61,003 nt of DNA from Gemmatimonadota bacterium (GTDB lineage Bacteria; Gemmatimonadota; Gemmatimonadetes; Longimicrobiales; Gaopeijiaceae): NCBI GenBank assembly GCA_039589315.1, contig JBDHHQ010000025.1, positions 1 to 61,003 on the forward strand, given 5' to 3'. This document shows positions 9,156 through 17,800 of this stretch, piece after piece. Both the position numbers and the translations under genes were made by a program. How positions within the stretch are numbered: the stretch's first letter is position 1; every line of letters starts with the position of its first letter. The notes under the pieces were generated by a model. The model saw only the letters and a list, made by a program, of their open reading frames with translations. It did not search any database and was not told the DNA's origin.

Positions 9156-10055
9156 CTATCGGCGCTTCAGCTCCTCGAGCTCCTCGAGCGTACGTGGCCA
9201 GTCCTTCCCGAGGAGGCGGGAAAGGGCCCGGTCTGCCAGGAGCCTCCCTCCCGTCTGGCAGTGCGCACAGTAGTTCGTCTCGCGCTGAGCATACTTGATC
9301 CGCTGGATGGCCGACCCGCACACGGGGCAGGGTTCCCCGAATCTCCCGTGGGCCGCCATAGCGGGGTGGAACGCGGTGACCTTCTCCGGGAAGGCGTCCC
9401 CCACCTCCGAGCGCAGCCGGTCCACCCACTCGGCCAGCGACCGCCGCGTGGTCTCGTACAGGCGGGCCATTTCGTCGTCGTCGAGTTGGCGGGTGAGTCG
9501 CACAGGAGACAACCCGGCGAAGAGGAGGATCTCGTCCGAGTGGGCGTTGCCGATCCCGGAGAGTATGCGCGGATCGGTGAGGGCCCGCTTGAGAGTGCGG
9601 TTCTCCCGGAGGAGGGCCTCCTTGAACTCGTCGAGGGAAGCGTCCAGCGGCTCCAGGCCGCCTGGATCGAGCGCGGACAAGGCGGCCTCTCCCCGCACGA
9701 CGTGTAGCGATGCCCGTTTGTGGGAGCTGGCTTCGGTGAGGAGCAGGGTTCCACCCGGGAAATCGAACGCCGCGTGACCGATCTTTCCGGGAATCGCCGC
9801 TCCCCTGGGCTTCCAGCGAAAGCGACCCGAGATCATCAGGTGGATGACCACGAACAGGTCATCCTCCATCTGCCACACGATCCGCTTCCCCATCCGCCTC
9901 AGCCCCTGGACGCGTAGGCCTTCGATGGCCGATACGGGTGGGTCCCAGGTCCGCAGGAGAGAGGGAGAGCGCATGCGCACCTTCTCCAGCGGCTGGCCCG
10001 AGAGCCGCCGGTCCAGGGCGTCGAGGTAGATGGTGATCTCAGGGTATTCGGGCAC
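9156..10055 (-). CDS. Fpg/Nei family DNA glycosylase
   Basis: GTG start giving (M)PEYPE N-terminus; RMGK, HLMISG, H2TH GIGNAHSDEIL, zinc finger CPVC...CAHC. Confidence 0.93.
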   Translation of the reverse strand: MPEYPEITIYLDALDRRLSGQPLEKVRMRSPSLLRTWDPPVSAIEGLRVQGLRRMGKRIVWQMEDDLFVVIHLMISGRFRWKPRGAAIPGKIGHAAFDFPGGTLLLTEASSHKRASLHVVRGEAALSALDPGGLEPLDASLDEFKEALLRENRTLKRALTDPRILSGIGNAHSDEILLFAGLSPVRLTRQLDDDEMARLYETTRRSLAEWVDRLRSEVGDAFPEKVTAFHPAMAAHGRFGEPCPVCGSAIQRIKYAQRETNYCAHCQTGGRLLADRALSRLLGKDWPRTLEELEELKRR

Positions 10056-10205
10056 GGGGTTTCTTGCAGGTCCGGGATGGGTCGGACATCTTTCCACTTC
10101 AACGTAACCCTCGGCGGGGCCCCGTCGACCTCCGGCTCCCGTCGAGACCGGTAGAACCCGCCACGAGCTCCTGAGGCCGACGACCTCGAGCGCCGCCCGC
10201 ATACC

Positions 10206-10535
10206 ATGCGCCACCCCAGAGAGCGAGCCCACTACCGGGTAGAGTACCCGATCCAGGAGCGGCCGGCGTTCGTCGTGGGTGAGATCGAGATGGCCGTCTA
10301 CGACCTGTCCGAGAATGGCGTGCGGTTCGCCGCCCATGCCGGTCTCCCCGTGCAGGAGGGCGACGGCCTGTCCGGGTCGATCCAATTCCGGGGCCGGGGC
10401 GAGCTGCACGTCGAGGGGACCGTGGTGTGGGTGCGAGGGCCGGTGGCGGCTCTCAAGCTCGAGGTCCCCATCCCGTTCGGCACGATCCTCGATGAGCAAC
10501 GTTTTCTGAGGACGCGCTACCGTCACGTGGAGTGA
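10206..10535 (+). CDS. Stand-alone PilZ domain protein (c-di-GMP receptor)
   Basis: RxxxR (RAHYR) and DxSxxG (DLSENG) motifs in 109 aa. Confidence 0.85.
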   Translation: MRHPRERAHYRVEYPIQERPAFVVGEIEMAVYDLSENGVRFAAHAGLPVQEGDGLSGSIQFRGRGELHVEGTVVWVRGPVAALKLEVPIPFGTILDEQRFLRTRYRHVE

Positions 10536-10816
10536 CGGTGCGGAACCGTCCCCCAAGGCTCCGGCGTTGCGCTGACGCCACATTCCTTCGCCCGGTCCGC
10601 CCAATCTCGAGGGGATCCGAGCGGCCGGAGCCGATCGCAGGCTTCGGCCCGCCGCCCGCTTGAGCGGGCCGCGCTCCACGAGTCCGCGCTGTGCCTTGAT
10701 CCGTGCGGGTTCCCACCGATCCTGGTCCGAAAGCTGCAGCAAACCCGTCCGTGGGCCCACCCGACTCCGCCGGCGGGGTATCGGCACGGCGGTGACTTCG
10801 TTTTCTTTTGGTGGCC

Positions 10817-12370
10817 ATGCAGACGACTCACCACCGGCTTCCCCCCCCGGATCCTCCGGCACCTCGGCCGCGCGCGCGGGTCGCAACCGCATGCGTGGGC
10901 GCGGGTGCGAGGGGGCCGCGGGTATGGCGCATCCTCCTCCTGCCCGTGGCGCTCCTGGCGGGCGTGCAGGCGTACCCCCTTTCCGGCCAGTCCTCCTCGG
11001 CGCCGGCCCGACCCCTCGACGCCGGGCACTGGGCGTACGACTTCATGGAGGTCGTCCACGCCCTGGGCGCTCCCAGCGTCTGGGCCCCATGGATGGAGCC
11101 CGTGCTCGCGCCCGCGGTCGGATCCGCGCTTCAGGAGGCGGGCCAGGCTCGGCCCGGCCTCGCCGCACCCCTGGATCGCTGGGTCGACTTGTTCCAGAAC
11201 GAGACGGCAATCCCGGCCGGACAGTGGGCGCGGCTGGGCATGGGCGCAGGATTCCAGGGCGGGCAGGCCTCCCTCCTCCCGGAGCGGGGCGGGTTCATCG
11301 ACGGGCTGGTCGACGTTCCACTCTCCCACAACGTAGCGCTGTGGGCCGAGGGGGGCGTCTCGAGCGAAGGGTCCGAAGCCGAGCTCGCGTCTGGCGGGCT
11401 CTCGGCCCGGTTCGGCGCGGCCCAACTGGTGGCTGGACGCGTTCGCTCCCGCATCGGCCAGGGGAGCTCTCGCATCCTCCTGGCAGGCCGGAGCTCCATG
11501 GACGGCGTGCTGTTCGGCTCAGCCCGCCCCTTCCTGCTCCCCGGGTTCCTCGAGGTCCTGGGTCGTCTGACCGCCCACATCCTCGTGTCCCCGAACGTGA
11601 GCACCCCCACCACCGACCGCGCCTGGTTCAGCTCCATGGGAGTGAGCATCGAGCCGCACCCCTCCGTCCAGCTCGGTGCCTACCGGACCGTGCGATTCGC
11701 CGGCGAGGGGATATCGGATCCCTCGGTCAGCGAGATCATTCAGGTGTTCACGGGACAGGGCGGATCCGACGATTTCGACGACAGCCAGGGCGAGCTGGCC
11801 GCCCGCGTGCGCTTCCGCGCGTGGGGCCAGGCGGTGGCCCCCTACGTGTCGGTGGGCTTCGAGGACCTGCCCAGCTTGTGGGACGACCCCGGCATCGTCG
11901 CCGGCCTGCTGGTGCCCGTGGAGACGGGGTCGGGCATCCTGGCGACCCGCTACGAATACCAGGCATTCGGCAGGCAGGCCCAGTGGTGCTTGGGATGCGA
12001 GTACAAGTCCCACCGCTGGTACAACCAGCGCTCCTACGGAGAGTACACGTACGACGACGTTCTGCTGGCGTCGAGCCTCGGAGGGTACGGCACGCGCCAC
12101 CTGGTGGAAGCCTCCTGGTGGGGAGCCCTCCCGTTGCGGCTCAGCGGCCTGGTATTCTTCGAGAACCGTGAGGAAGGGAACCTGCTGTTCGAGCGGTGGC
12201 CGGGGCAGCGCCAGGGCGTGGGAGCGTCGGCGGCAGCTCGCCCGCGACCGGGCTGGGAGGTGGAAGCCGGGAGCGTCGTGTCCTGGTCGGAAGGCTCGAC
12301 CGAAGGCGAGCTGCGCCTCGTGGTCCGGATCTACGACGTGCTCAGCAACCCCGCCGGCTTCGGTCGCTGA
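10817..12370 (+). CDS. Capsule assembly Wzi-like outer membrane protein
   Basis: Signal-like segment, PLD..HWAY helical N-terminus, IGQG..ILL....MDG, PHPSVQLGAYRTVRFAGEG, amphipathic beta strands. Start uncertain. Confidence 0.55.
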   Translation: MQTTHHRLPPPDPPAPRPRARVATACVGAGARGPRVWRILLLPVALLAGVQAYPLSGQSSSAPARPLDAGHWAYDFMEVVHALGAPSVWAPWMEPVLAPAVGSALQEAGQARPGLAAPLDRWVDLFQNETAIPAGQWARLGMGAGFQGGQASLLPERGGFIDGLVDVPLSHNVALWAEGGVSSEGSEAELASGGLSARFGAAQLVAGRVRSRIGQGSSRILLAGRSSMDGVLFGSARPFLLPGFLEVLGRLTAHILVSPNVSTPTTDRAWFSSMGVSIEPHPSVQLGAYRTVRFAGEGISDPSVSEIIQVFTGQGGSDDFDDSQGELAARVRFRAWGQAVAPYVSVGFEDLPSLWDDPGIVAGLLVPVETGSGILATRYEYQAFGRQAQWCLGCEYKSHRWYNQRSYGEYTYDDVLLASSLGGYGTRHLVEASWWGALPLRLSGLVFFENREEGNLLFERWPGQRQGVGASAAARPRPGWEVEAGSVVSWSEGSTEGELRLVVRIYDVLSNPAGFGR

Positions 12371-12394
12371 TCCCCTCTTCCCGCCCGAGCGCGT

Positions 12395-14185
12395 TCACCG
12401 AAGCGGCAAGCTCTCCCGGTTGACCAGATCCCAGTAGCTCGTCCAGCCCGTGCCCTCCGCCGCCGCGGCGAAGTCCTCGATCCGCTGGAGGAGCTGCACG
12501 CTGGCGTAGCCGGACACTGCCTGCGGGTGGCTCGTCGAAAAACGGTCGAAGTAGCTGCGCACGATCATGGAGCTCTCGCTCCGCGGCAGCGCCCTGACGT
12601 TGTCGGCGAACCGGTCGAAGGTCCGGCTCCGCCACAGGTAGAACTCCACGTTGGACGTGTAGAGCGCGGACACCGTCAAACCCCTGTCCGCGGCCTCGGC
12701 GCCGACGGCCTCGAGGGCGTGAGATCCAGCCAGGTCGCCGACCACGGGAATCACTCGATTGTCGAGCTGCATGCGGCGAAGGAAGGCGTAGGTGTCCTCG
12801 TCGGCCAGGTAGTTCATGGGTCGCCCGTCGAGGTCGGTTTCCAGGAGGAGCCGACGATAGGTGGGGTAGTAGGCCCGCGGGCTGCGGAAGTGGCTGGTGA
12901 AACGCAGGTCCAGGCCCGCCTGCATGAACTGATGGTGGATGGTGCCGATGACCGCCAGGTCATCGACGCTGAGGGCTAGGCCCATGCTCGCAGCCGCATC
13001 GCGGACCCGCTCCCACGCCTCGGCTTCGTGCGACCGCTCGTACGGGTGCGCGTCGAGGTGGGCCGCGAGCTCGTCGACGGACCCTCCGACCCACTCCGAG
13101 GGATCGGGAGGCGGCGGCCGGCCGAACATGATCGACAGGTACTCGACCCGAGTGGGCGACAGCTCAAAGAGCGCCTTGAGCCAGACGTGCTGCAGGAGGT
13201 TGTCCCGCCGTATGTCGATGACGAACGCGAGCTCGGGGCGCACCACTGCCATGTACGAAAAGTTCTGATCGGGCCCCACGCCGATGTACGCGCCTCCCTT
13301 CGCCCCCTGGTCCTGGAGGGCTGCCGTGACGTGGAGGTACGAGCGCTCGTTGGAGATCAGGTTGTCCGTGTCGAAGTAGCCGCCCTCCTCCGAGAGCTCC
13401 CGGACCAGGCGGGCGAACGTCGAGTCCGGTATAGCCGTGGTGGAGGCCGCCGCGGTGGTGGACAGGGCCGAAGCCGCGGGCGTGCCCGGATCTTCCAACG
13501 TCCCGGCCTCGTCCACGCCCCCGTTGGGCGCGCATGCCCCGGCGAGCAGGGCCGCCCCGAGTGCGGTGACCGCGCGCACGCCGGTCCGGTCCGGCCGAGC
13601 CGTGCTCCGCGGGCCCTCCCTGACGGTCCGATACGGGAGCTCCTCATTCGCTCGTGCCGCGCGGAGGAGCAGGGAACCGCGGGTCATGTCGCCCATTCCC
13701 ACGAACGGGGCGGGAAAGCGAAGGGCGTCACCGAAGGCGTGGTGGAGGGGTTCCACGTACTTCTCGGTGGCAACGCTGCCGAGGAGGACCACCTGCCCGT
13801 CCGCGGGAAGCGTCGTCCGCACCGCCGCCGCCGTCCGATCGAGAGGCTCGCGGAACACGGGCTCGTTCTGGTGGATCGTCGCGCTGGCGAATTCTCTCAG
13901 CGCCTCGGGTCCCACACTCACCTCCGGAGTCATCAGGCCTCTGGTCGCCGTGATCACATACACGCCCGGCCGACCCCCGGGCGCCCGAGCGAAGCGTCCA
14001 CCGTAGGCGAGCTTGCCCCGGAAGTACAACCCGCTCAGGAAGGAGAAGAGCTCCCCGAGCGCGGCGCCCTCCGAAAGGAAGGACTGGGCATGGCGCCAGC
14101 GCGATCCTCCCGTCAGAAGGCCGGCGGCCCTACGTCCCGTGCAACTCGCAGGGGACAGGAGAAAGATCCGGACAGAGGGTCGCAT
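12395..14185 (-). CDS. Two-domain hypothetical protein: YaaA/DUF6884-like N-domain fused in frame to a lipoprotein-like uncharacterised domain
   Basis: Single open frame. N-part IFLLSPA...FLSGLYFRG...VITATRGL; internal lipobox LLAGAC; C-part GYFDTDNLISNE, GAYIGVGPDQNFSY, YTSNVEFYL. Confidence 0.6.
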   Translation of the reverse strand: MRPSVRIFLLSPASCTGRRAAGLLTGGSRWRHAQSFLSEGAALGELFSFLSGLYFRGKLAYGGRFARAPGGRPGVYVITATRGLMTPEVSVGPEALREFASATIHQNEPVFREPLDRTAAAVRTTLPADGQVVLLGSVATEKYVEPLHHAFGDALRFPAPFVGMGDMTRGSLLLRAARANEELPYRTVREGPRSTARPDRTGVRAVTALGAALLAGACAPNGGVDEAGTLEDPGTPAASALSTTAAASTTAIPDSTFARLVRELSEEGGYFDTDNLISNERSYLHVTAALQDQGAKGGAYIGVGPDQNFSYMAVVRPELAFVIDIRRDNLLQHVWLKALFELSPTRVEYLSIMFGRPPPPDPSEWVGGSVDELAAHLDAHPYERSHEAEAWERVRDAAASMGLALSVDDLAVIGTIHHQFMQAGLDLRFTSHFRSPRAYYPTYRRLLLETDLDGRPMNYLADEDTYAFLRRMQLDNRVIPVVGDLAGSHALEAVGAEAADRGLTVSALYTSNVEFYLWRSRTFDRFADNVRALPRSESSMIVRSYFDRFSTSHPQAVSGYASVQLLQRIEDFAAAAEGTGWTSYWDLVNRESLPLR

Positions 14186-14387
14186 GGGGCTCCACGGGCC
14201 AATCCATCTCTGCAGGTCACGGGGCAAAATGCCCCCTGGCGGCCGGAGCCGACAGGGGGCCTGCCGAGCTTCCCTTCCGGGCCGAATCGGTCGACATCAT
14301 AGATGGGGTTCCCCACGGAAGGGCGCGCCCCATCATGTGCTCTGGAGCGCCGCCGCGCGCGCTCGTCCAACCGAAGGCCGTACACGA

Positions 14388-15977
14388 ATGAGCGAGTCAC
14401 CCGCAACCGGATGGCAGCTCTCGCAGGAACAGGTCCAGTTCCTGGAGGAGCTCCTGACCGACGCCGTGCTGGAGAAGGCGGAGTCGCGTCTCCGGGCGGT
14501 GCTGGACGACGACCGGGAAGCCCTCACCCGAGATCTCCTGGAAGAGCTGCGGGCCCAGCGAGCTGCCGATGAACCGACGGAGCCCTCCGTCATGGAGTTG
14601 CCCGAGGACCTGGTGATCGCCGCCGATCTCCGTGCCATGGAGGACTGGGTCCGCGCGAGGCTCGATCATGTCGCGGCGCGCCCGGCCGAGCAGGGCACCG
14701 GCGTCTCGCCAGCCGATCTGCAGGACCTGCAGACATGGGTGCGGGAGCGGCTCGAGGAGCGGGTCACGGCCACGGAGAACACATCCGGGACGGCCGGCTC
14801 CACAGACGCCGAGAGGCCGGGTTTCGGGGTAACGCGGCGTTTGGCGGTGGCCGGCCTGTCGCTCTTCGCCGTGCTCCTGGCCGTCGGATGGATGGCGCTG
14901 TCCGCCCGGGTCGACGGGCTGGTGCGGGATCGCCATGAACGCCTGGCGGCGCTGCAGGAGCAGACCGAGTCGCAATCGGCCCTCATGGTGGACCGAGCCG
15001 AGCGAGCCGACGAGCTGTTCCGAGACATCGGAGCTGCCGCCACGGAGATCCGCGACCACGCCAACGCCCGAGCCGTGCGCGCGGACATCGTAGAGGACCT
15101 CAAGGCCAGCCCCGCCTTCGTGGCGGCCACTACGGGGCCCCGGGGACCCAGGGGTCCGGTCGGCAGGCCGGAGCGGGTAGCCATGGCCCCCGGCCGCTTC
15201 TCGTTCCAGAACAGCTCGGGCGCCACGGTGGCGGTCATGGGCCAGGACCAGACGGGCCGCGGGCACACGCAGATCTTCGGGCAGTCCGGAGCCGCCGTCG
15301 CCTACCTGGGCACCGACAACGGCTCCGAGGGCACGATGCGCGTGAGCGACACGTCGGGTTCCAGCGAGGTGGCGGCGCGGGCCGGCAGAGAGTCAGGGAG
15401 CGTCTCCGTCTCCACACCACGCGGACAGCAGGCGTTCCTACGAGCCGAGAACGGGACGTTCGCGGAGATGGGCGTGACGAATCGCTCGGGAGACGGTGGC
15501 GTCGTGCTCCGCTCCCAGGGCGGCCTCGGCTCCATCGTCGTGAACGGCATGAGTATCCACGACTTCGCCGAGGTGTTCGAGCTCGGCGACCGGAGCGGCG
15601 TCGAGCCGGGCACGGTGCTGTCCGTCGCCGGGGCCAACGGCCGACTCGGACCTTCGAGGGGCCCGTACGACCACACCGTCATCGGCGTGGTGAGCGGTGC
15701 CGGCGGCCTACGCCCCGGTATGACGATCGGCTCTCGGGCCGACGGGTCGCGGGACCTGCCGGTTGCCCTGAGCGGCCAGGTGTACGTCCGGACGAGCGGC
15801 GAGGGCGGTCCCATCGAGGTGGGCGACCTGCTCGTCGCGTCCAGCACACCCGGTGTGGCCATGCGGGCGGCGGATCGTGCGAAGGCCCTGGGTGCCGTGA
15901 TCGGCAAGGCCATGGAGCCCGTGCCCGACTTCCCGGAAGGGGAGGTTCTGGTCCGCATGTTCGTCATGGCTCGATAG
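14388..15977 (+). CDS. Membrane-anchored coiled-coil/collagen/beta-rich protein with C-terminal phage-spike chaperone-like (peptidase G2/IMC-like) domain
   Basis: One TM helix (LAVAGLSLFAVLLAVGWMAL), coiled coil, GPRGPRGPVG, Gly-rich beta repeats, then DFAEVF...PGTV...VIGVVS...PVALSGQV...GDLLVASSTPG.AM...VIGKAM. Confidence 0.65.
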   Translation: MSESPATGWQLSQEQVQFLEELLTDAVLEKAESRLRAVLDDDREALTRDLLEELRAQRAADEPTEPSVMELPEDLVIAADLRAMEDWVRARLDHVAARPAEQGTGVSPADLQDLQTWVRERLEERVTATENTSGTAGSTDAERPGFGVTRRLAVAGLSLFAVLLAVGWMALSARVDGLVRDRHERLAALQEQTESQSALMVDRAERADELFRDIGAAATEIRDHANARAVRADIVEDLKASPAFVAATTGPRGPRGPVGRPERVAMAPGRFSFQNSSGATVAVMGQDQTGRGHTQIFGQSGAAVAYLGTDNGSEGTMRVSDTSGSSEVAARAGRESGSVSVSTPRGQQAFLRAENGTFAEMGVTNRSGDGGVVLRSQGGLGSIVVNGMSIHDFAEVFELGDRSGVEPGTVLSVAGANGRLGPSRGPYDHTVIGVVSGAGGLRPGMTIGSRADGSRDLPVALSGQVYVRTSGEGGPIEVGDLLVASSTPGVAMRAADRAKALGAVIGKAMEPVPDFPEGEVLVRMFVMAR

Positions 15978-16140
15978 GAGGCGCGGGCCTCCAGACCCCA
16001 CCCCCGTCCCCGCGCCTTCCCCTTTTCCCGGGCGACTCGCGGACTCCAGTTGCACCGCAGTAGGTTCCCCCGCTTCAGGTGGCCGACTGCCCCGACGCGT
16101 CGGGAGCGCGGCCCGCACGTACCCGCCGAATCAGGGACGC

Positions 16141-16944
16141 ATGCATAGAGAAATCGCGCCGGGTTTCCAGTGGATCCAGGAGTGCGGCCCGGACCGACAA
16201 GATATCGCGGCCTCACTGATCGCCAGGGGACAAACCTGGTACGAGGAAGGGCGCCCGCTCCACGTACCACAGAACGCCTACCTCTTCCGCGGGGAGCGCA
16301 GCCTTCTATTCGACACGCTGTCTCCGTCGGCCGGCGAGCAGATCGTCGGGGATCTGGACGACGCGCTGGGCGGCGCCCCCCTGGATTTCCTGGTCGTCTC
16401 TCACCCGGACGTCCCCCACGCGGGCAACACCCACCGGATCCTGGACCGATACCCGGCGTGCACCCTGGTCGCGCCGGCCGTGGGGGACATCCACGAGCTC
16501 TACGACCTCCAGGATTCCCTCAAGGTCTCGCCCGGCGACGAGATCGACCTGGGCGGTCCGGTCGTGCGGTTCCACGAAGCCACCTTTCTCGACGCGGCCA
16601 TGTCCGTGTGGATGACGGAGCGGACGACGGGCGCCCTCCTTCCCGTGGATTGGCTCGGCTTCCCCCACATGGACGGAGAATGCCTCCGCTTCACCGACGA
16701 GCTGGAGGTGGAGATCGGGCCGGACCGACTGACCGAGTTCCACGGCCGGGTCATGTTCTGGTTCCAGTACGTGGAGGTTCCGAAGGTGCAGGCCGAGATC
16801 GACCGCCTTGCCCGCGACTTCGAGCCGGCCATCCTGGCCCCGTCCCACGGCCTCGTCGTCCGCGAGGACCCGGAGCGATACTTCGGGATGATGAAGGACG
16901 TGGTCCGACGAGTGGCGGAGACGGGTCGGTTGGGGGTTCTGTGA
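16141..16944 (+). CDS. MBL-fold metalloprotein, FprA/ODP-like (copy 1)
   Basis: NAYLF..LLFDT, SHPDVPH, PVDWLG, APSHG; no flavodoxin domain. Confidence 0.75.
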   Translation: MHREIAPGFQWIQECGPDRQDIAASLIARGQTWYEEGRPLHVPQNAYLFRGERSLLFDTLSPSAGEQIVGDLDDALGGAPLDFLVVSHPDVPHAGNTHRILDRYPACTLVAPAVGDIHELYDLQDSLKVSPGDEIDLGGPVVRFHEATFLDAAMSVWMTERTTGALLPVDWLGFPHMDGECLRFTDELEVEIGPDRLTEFHGRVMFWFQYVEVPKVQAEIDRLARDFEPAILAPSHGLVVREDPERYFGMMKDVVRRVAETGRLGVL

Positions 16945-17744
16945 GCCGGCCGTCGTCTCGGCCCGGTCCCCTGGATGCAGGCCCCGGTGGGCCCCCCTCC
17001 GTGCCGGTGACGGAGGACGTCGAGTGGATCCACGAGTGTTACGACCTCGGCGGACGGCACGAGCACGTATCGGTGTACCTGATCCGCACCGACGAGGGCA
17101 ACATCATCGTCGACTCCGGCTCGTTCTACCATCGGGACAGCATCCACCGGCGCATCACCGAGGCGACGCACGGGCAGGGCATCCGGGCGCTGATCCTCTC
17201 TCACTCCGACTATCCGCACTCCGCCAACATCGGGGCGTTCCGCCGCGAATGGGGGGACTTCGAGATCGTCGCCTCGTGCGGGGATCCGGGGATTCAAGGA
17301 TTACCCTATGCGCGCCCCAGCTCCATTGGCGAGACGCTGGAGGTGTTGGGGCGATCCTTCACCTTCCTGGATCCTCCGCTGGCCGACCGCTCCCACACGA
17401 CCTGGATTTACGACCGTGCGTCCCGGGTCATGTTCGTGGCGGACGGCTTCGGCAACTATCACGACCCCGGCCAGTGCCACCTGCTGTCGCCGGCGCTACC
17501 CGAGGAGGGCCGAAGCGACGGGATCCGTGACTTCCACCGGGACACGCTCACGTGGCTGCGCTACGTCGACGCGAACCTCATGAGCCGGATCCTTCGGCGA
17601 CTCTTCACCGAGCAGCCGGTGAGCTTCGTGGCGCCGATCCACGGAAACCCCATCGCGGCGACGGACCTGGGGGACTACCTGGATCGGTTGGACGTGGCGG
17701 TGGCCGACATTGCCCGTGCCTACCCAGTCGGGGCGTGGCCTTGA
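16941..17744 (+). CDS. MBL-fold metalloprotein, FprA/ODP-like (copy 2)
   Basis: GTGA overlap with copy 1; VYLI..IIVDSG, SHSDYPH, VADGFG, APIHG. Confidence 0.75.
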   Translation: MSRPSSRPGPLDAGPGGPPSVPVTEDVEWIHECYDLGGRHEHVSVYLIRTDEGNIIVDSGSFYHRDSIHRRITEATHGQGIRALILSHSDYPHSANIGAFRREWGDFEIVASCGDPGIQGLPYARPSSIGETLEVLGRSFTFLDPPLADRSHTTWIYDRASRVMFVADGFGNYHDPGQCHLLSPALPEEGRSDGIRDFHRDTLTWLRYVDANLMSRILRRLFTEQPVSFVAPIHGNPIAATDLGDYLDRLDVAVADIARAYPVGAWP

Positions 17745-17800
17745 TCCACGCGCCGTCGCCAACGTCCTTCGAGGCTTCCTCCAGCTCCGGTGGGATGAGC

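Noticed and set aside
10056..10892. Long N-terminal extension of the Fpg-like ORF (578 aa)
   Set aside because: Fpg/Nei enzymes need Pro at position 2, so the start is GTG 10055; the extension is antisense to the PilZ gene.
14388..15977. Prophage remnant
   Set aside because: No integrase, capsid, terminase, att-like repeats or compositional shift nearby.
15977..15992. GGAGGC-gcgg-GCCTCC hairpin as intrinsic terminator
   Set aside because: Short stem with no adjacent U-tract.
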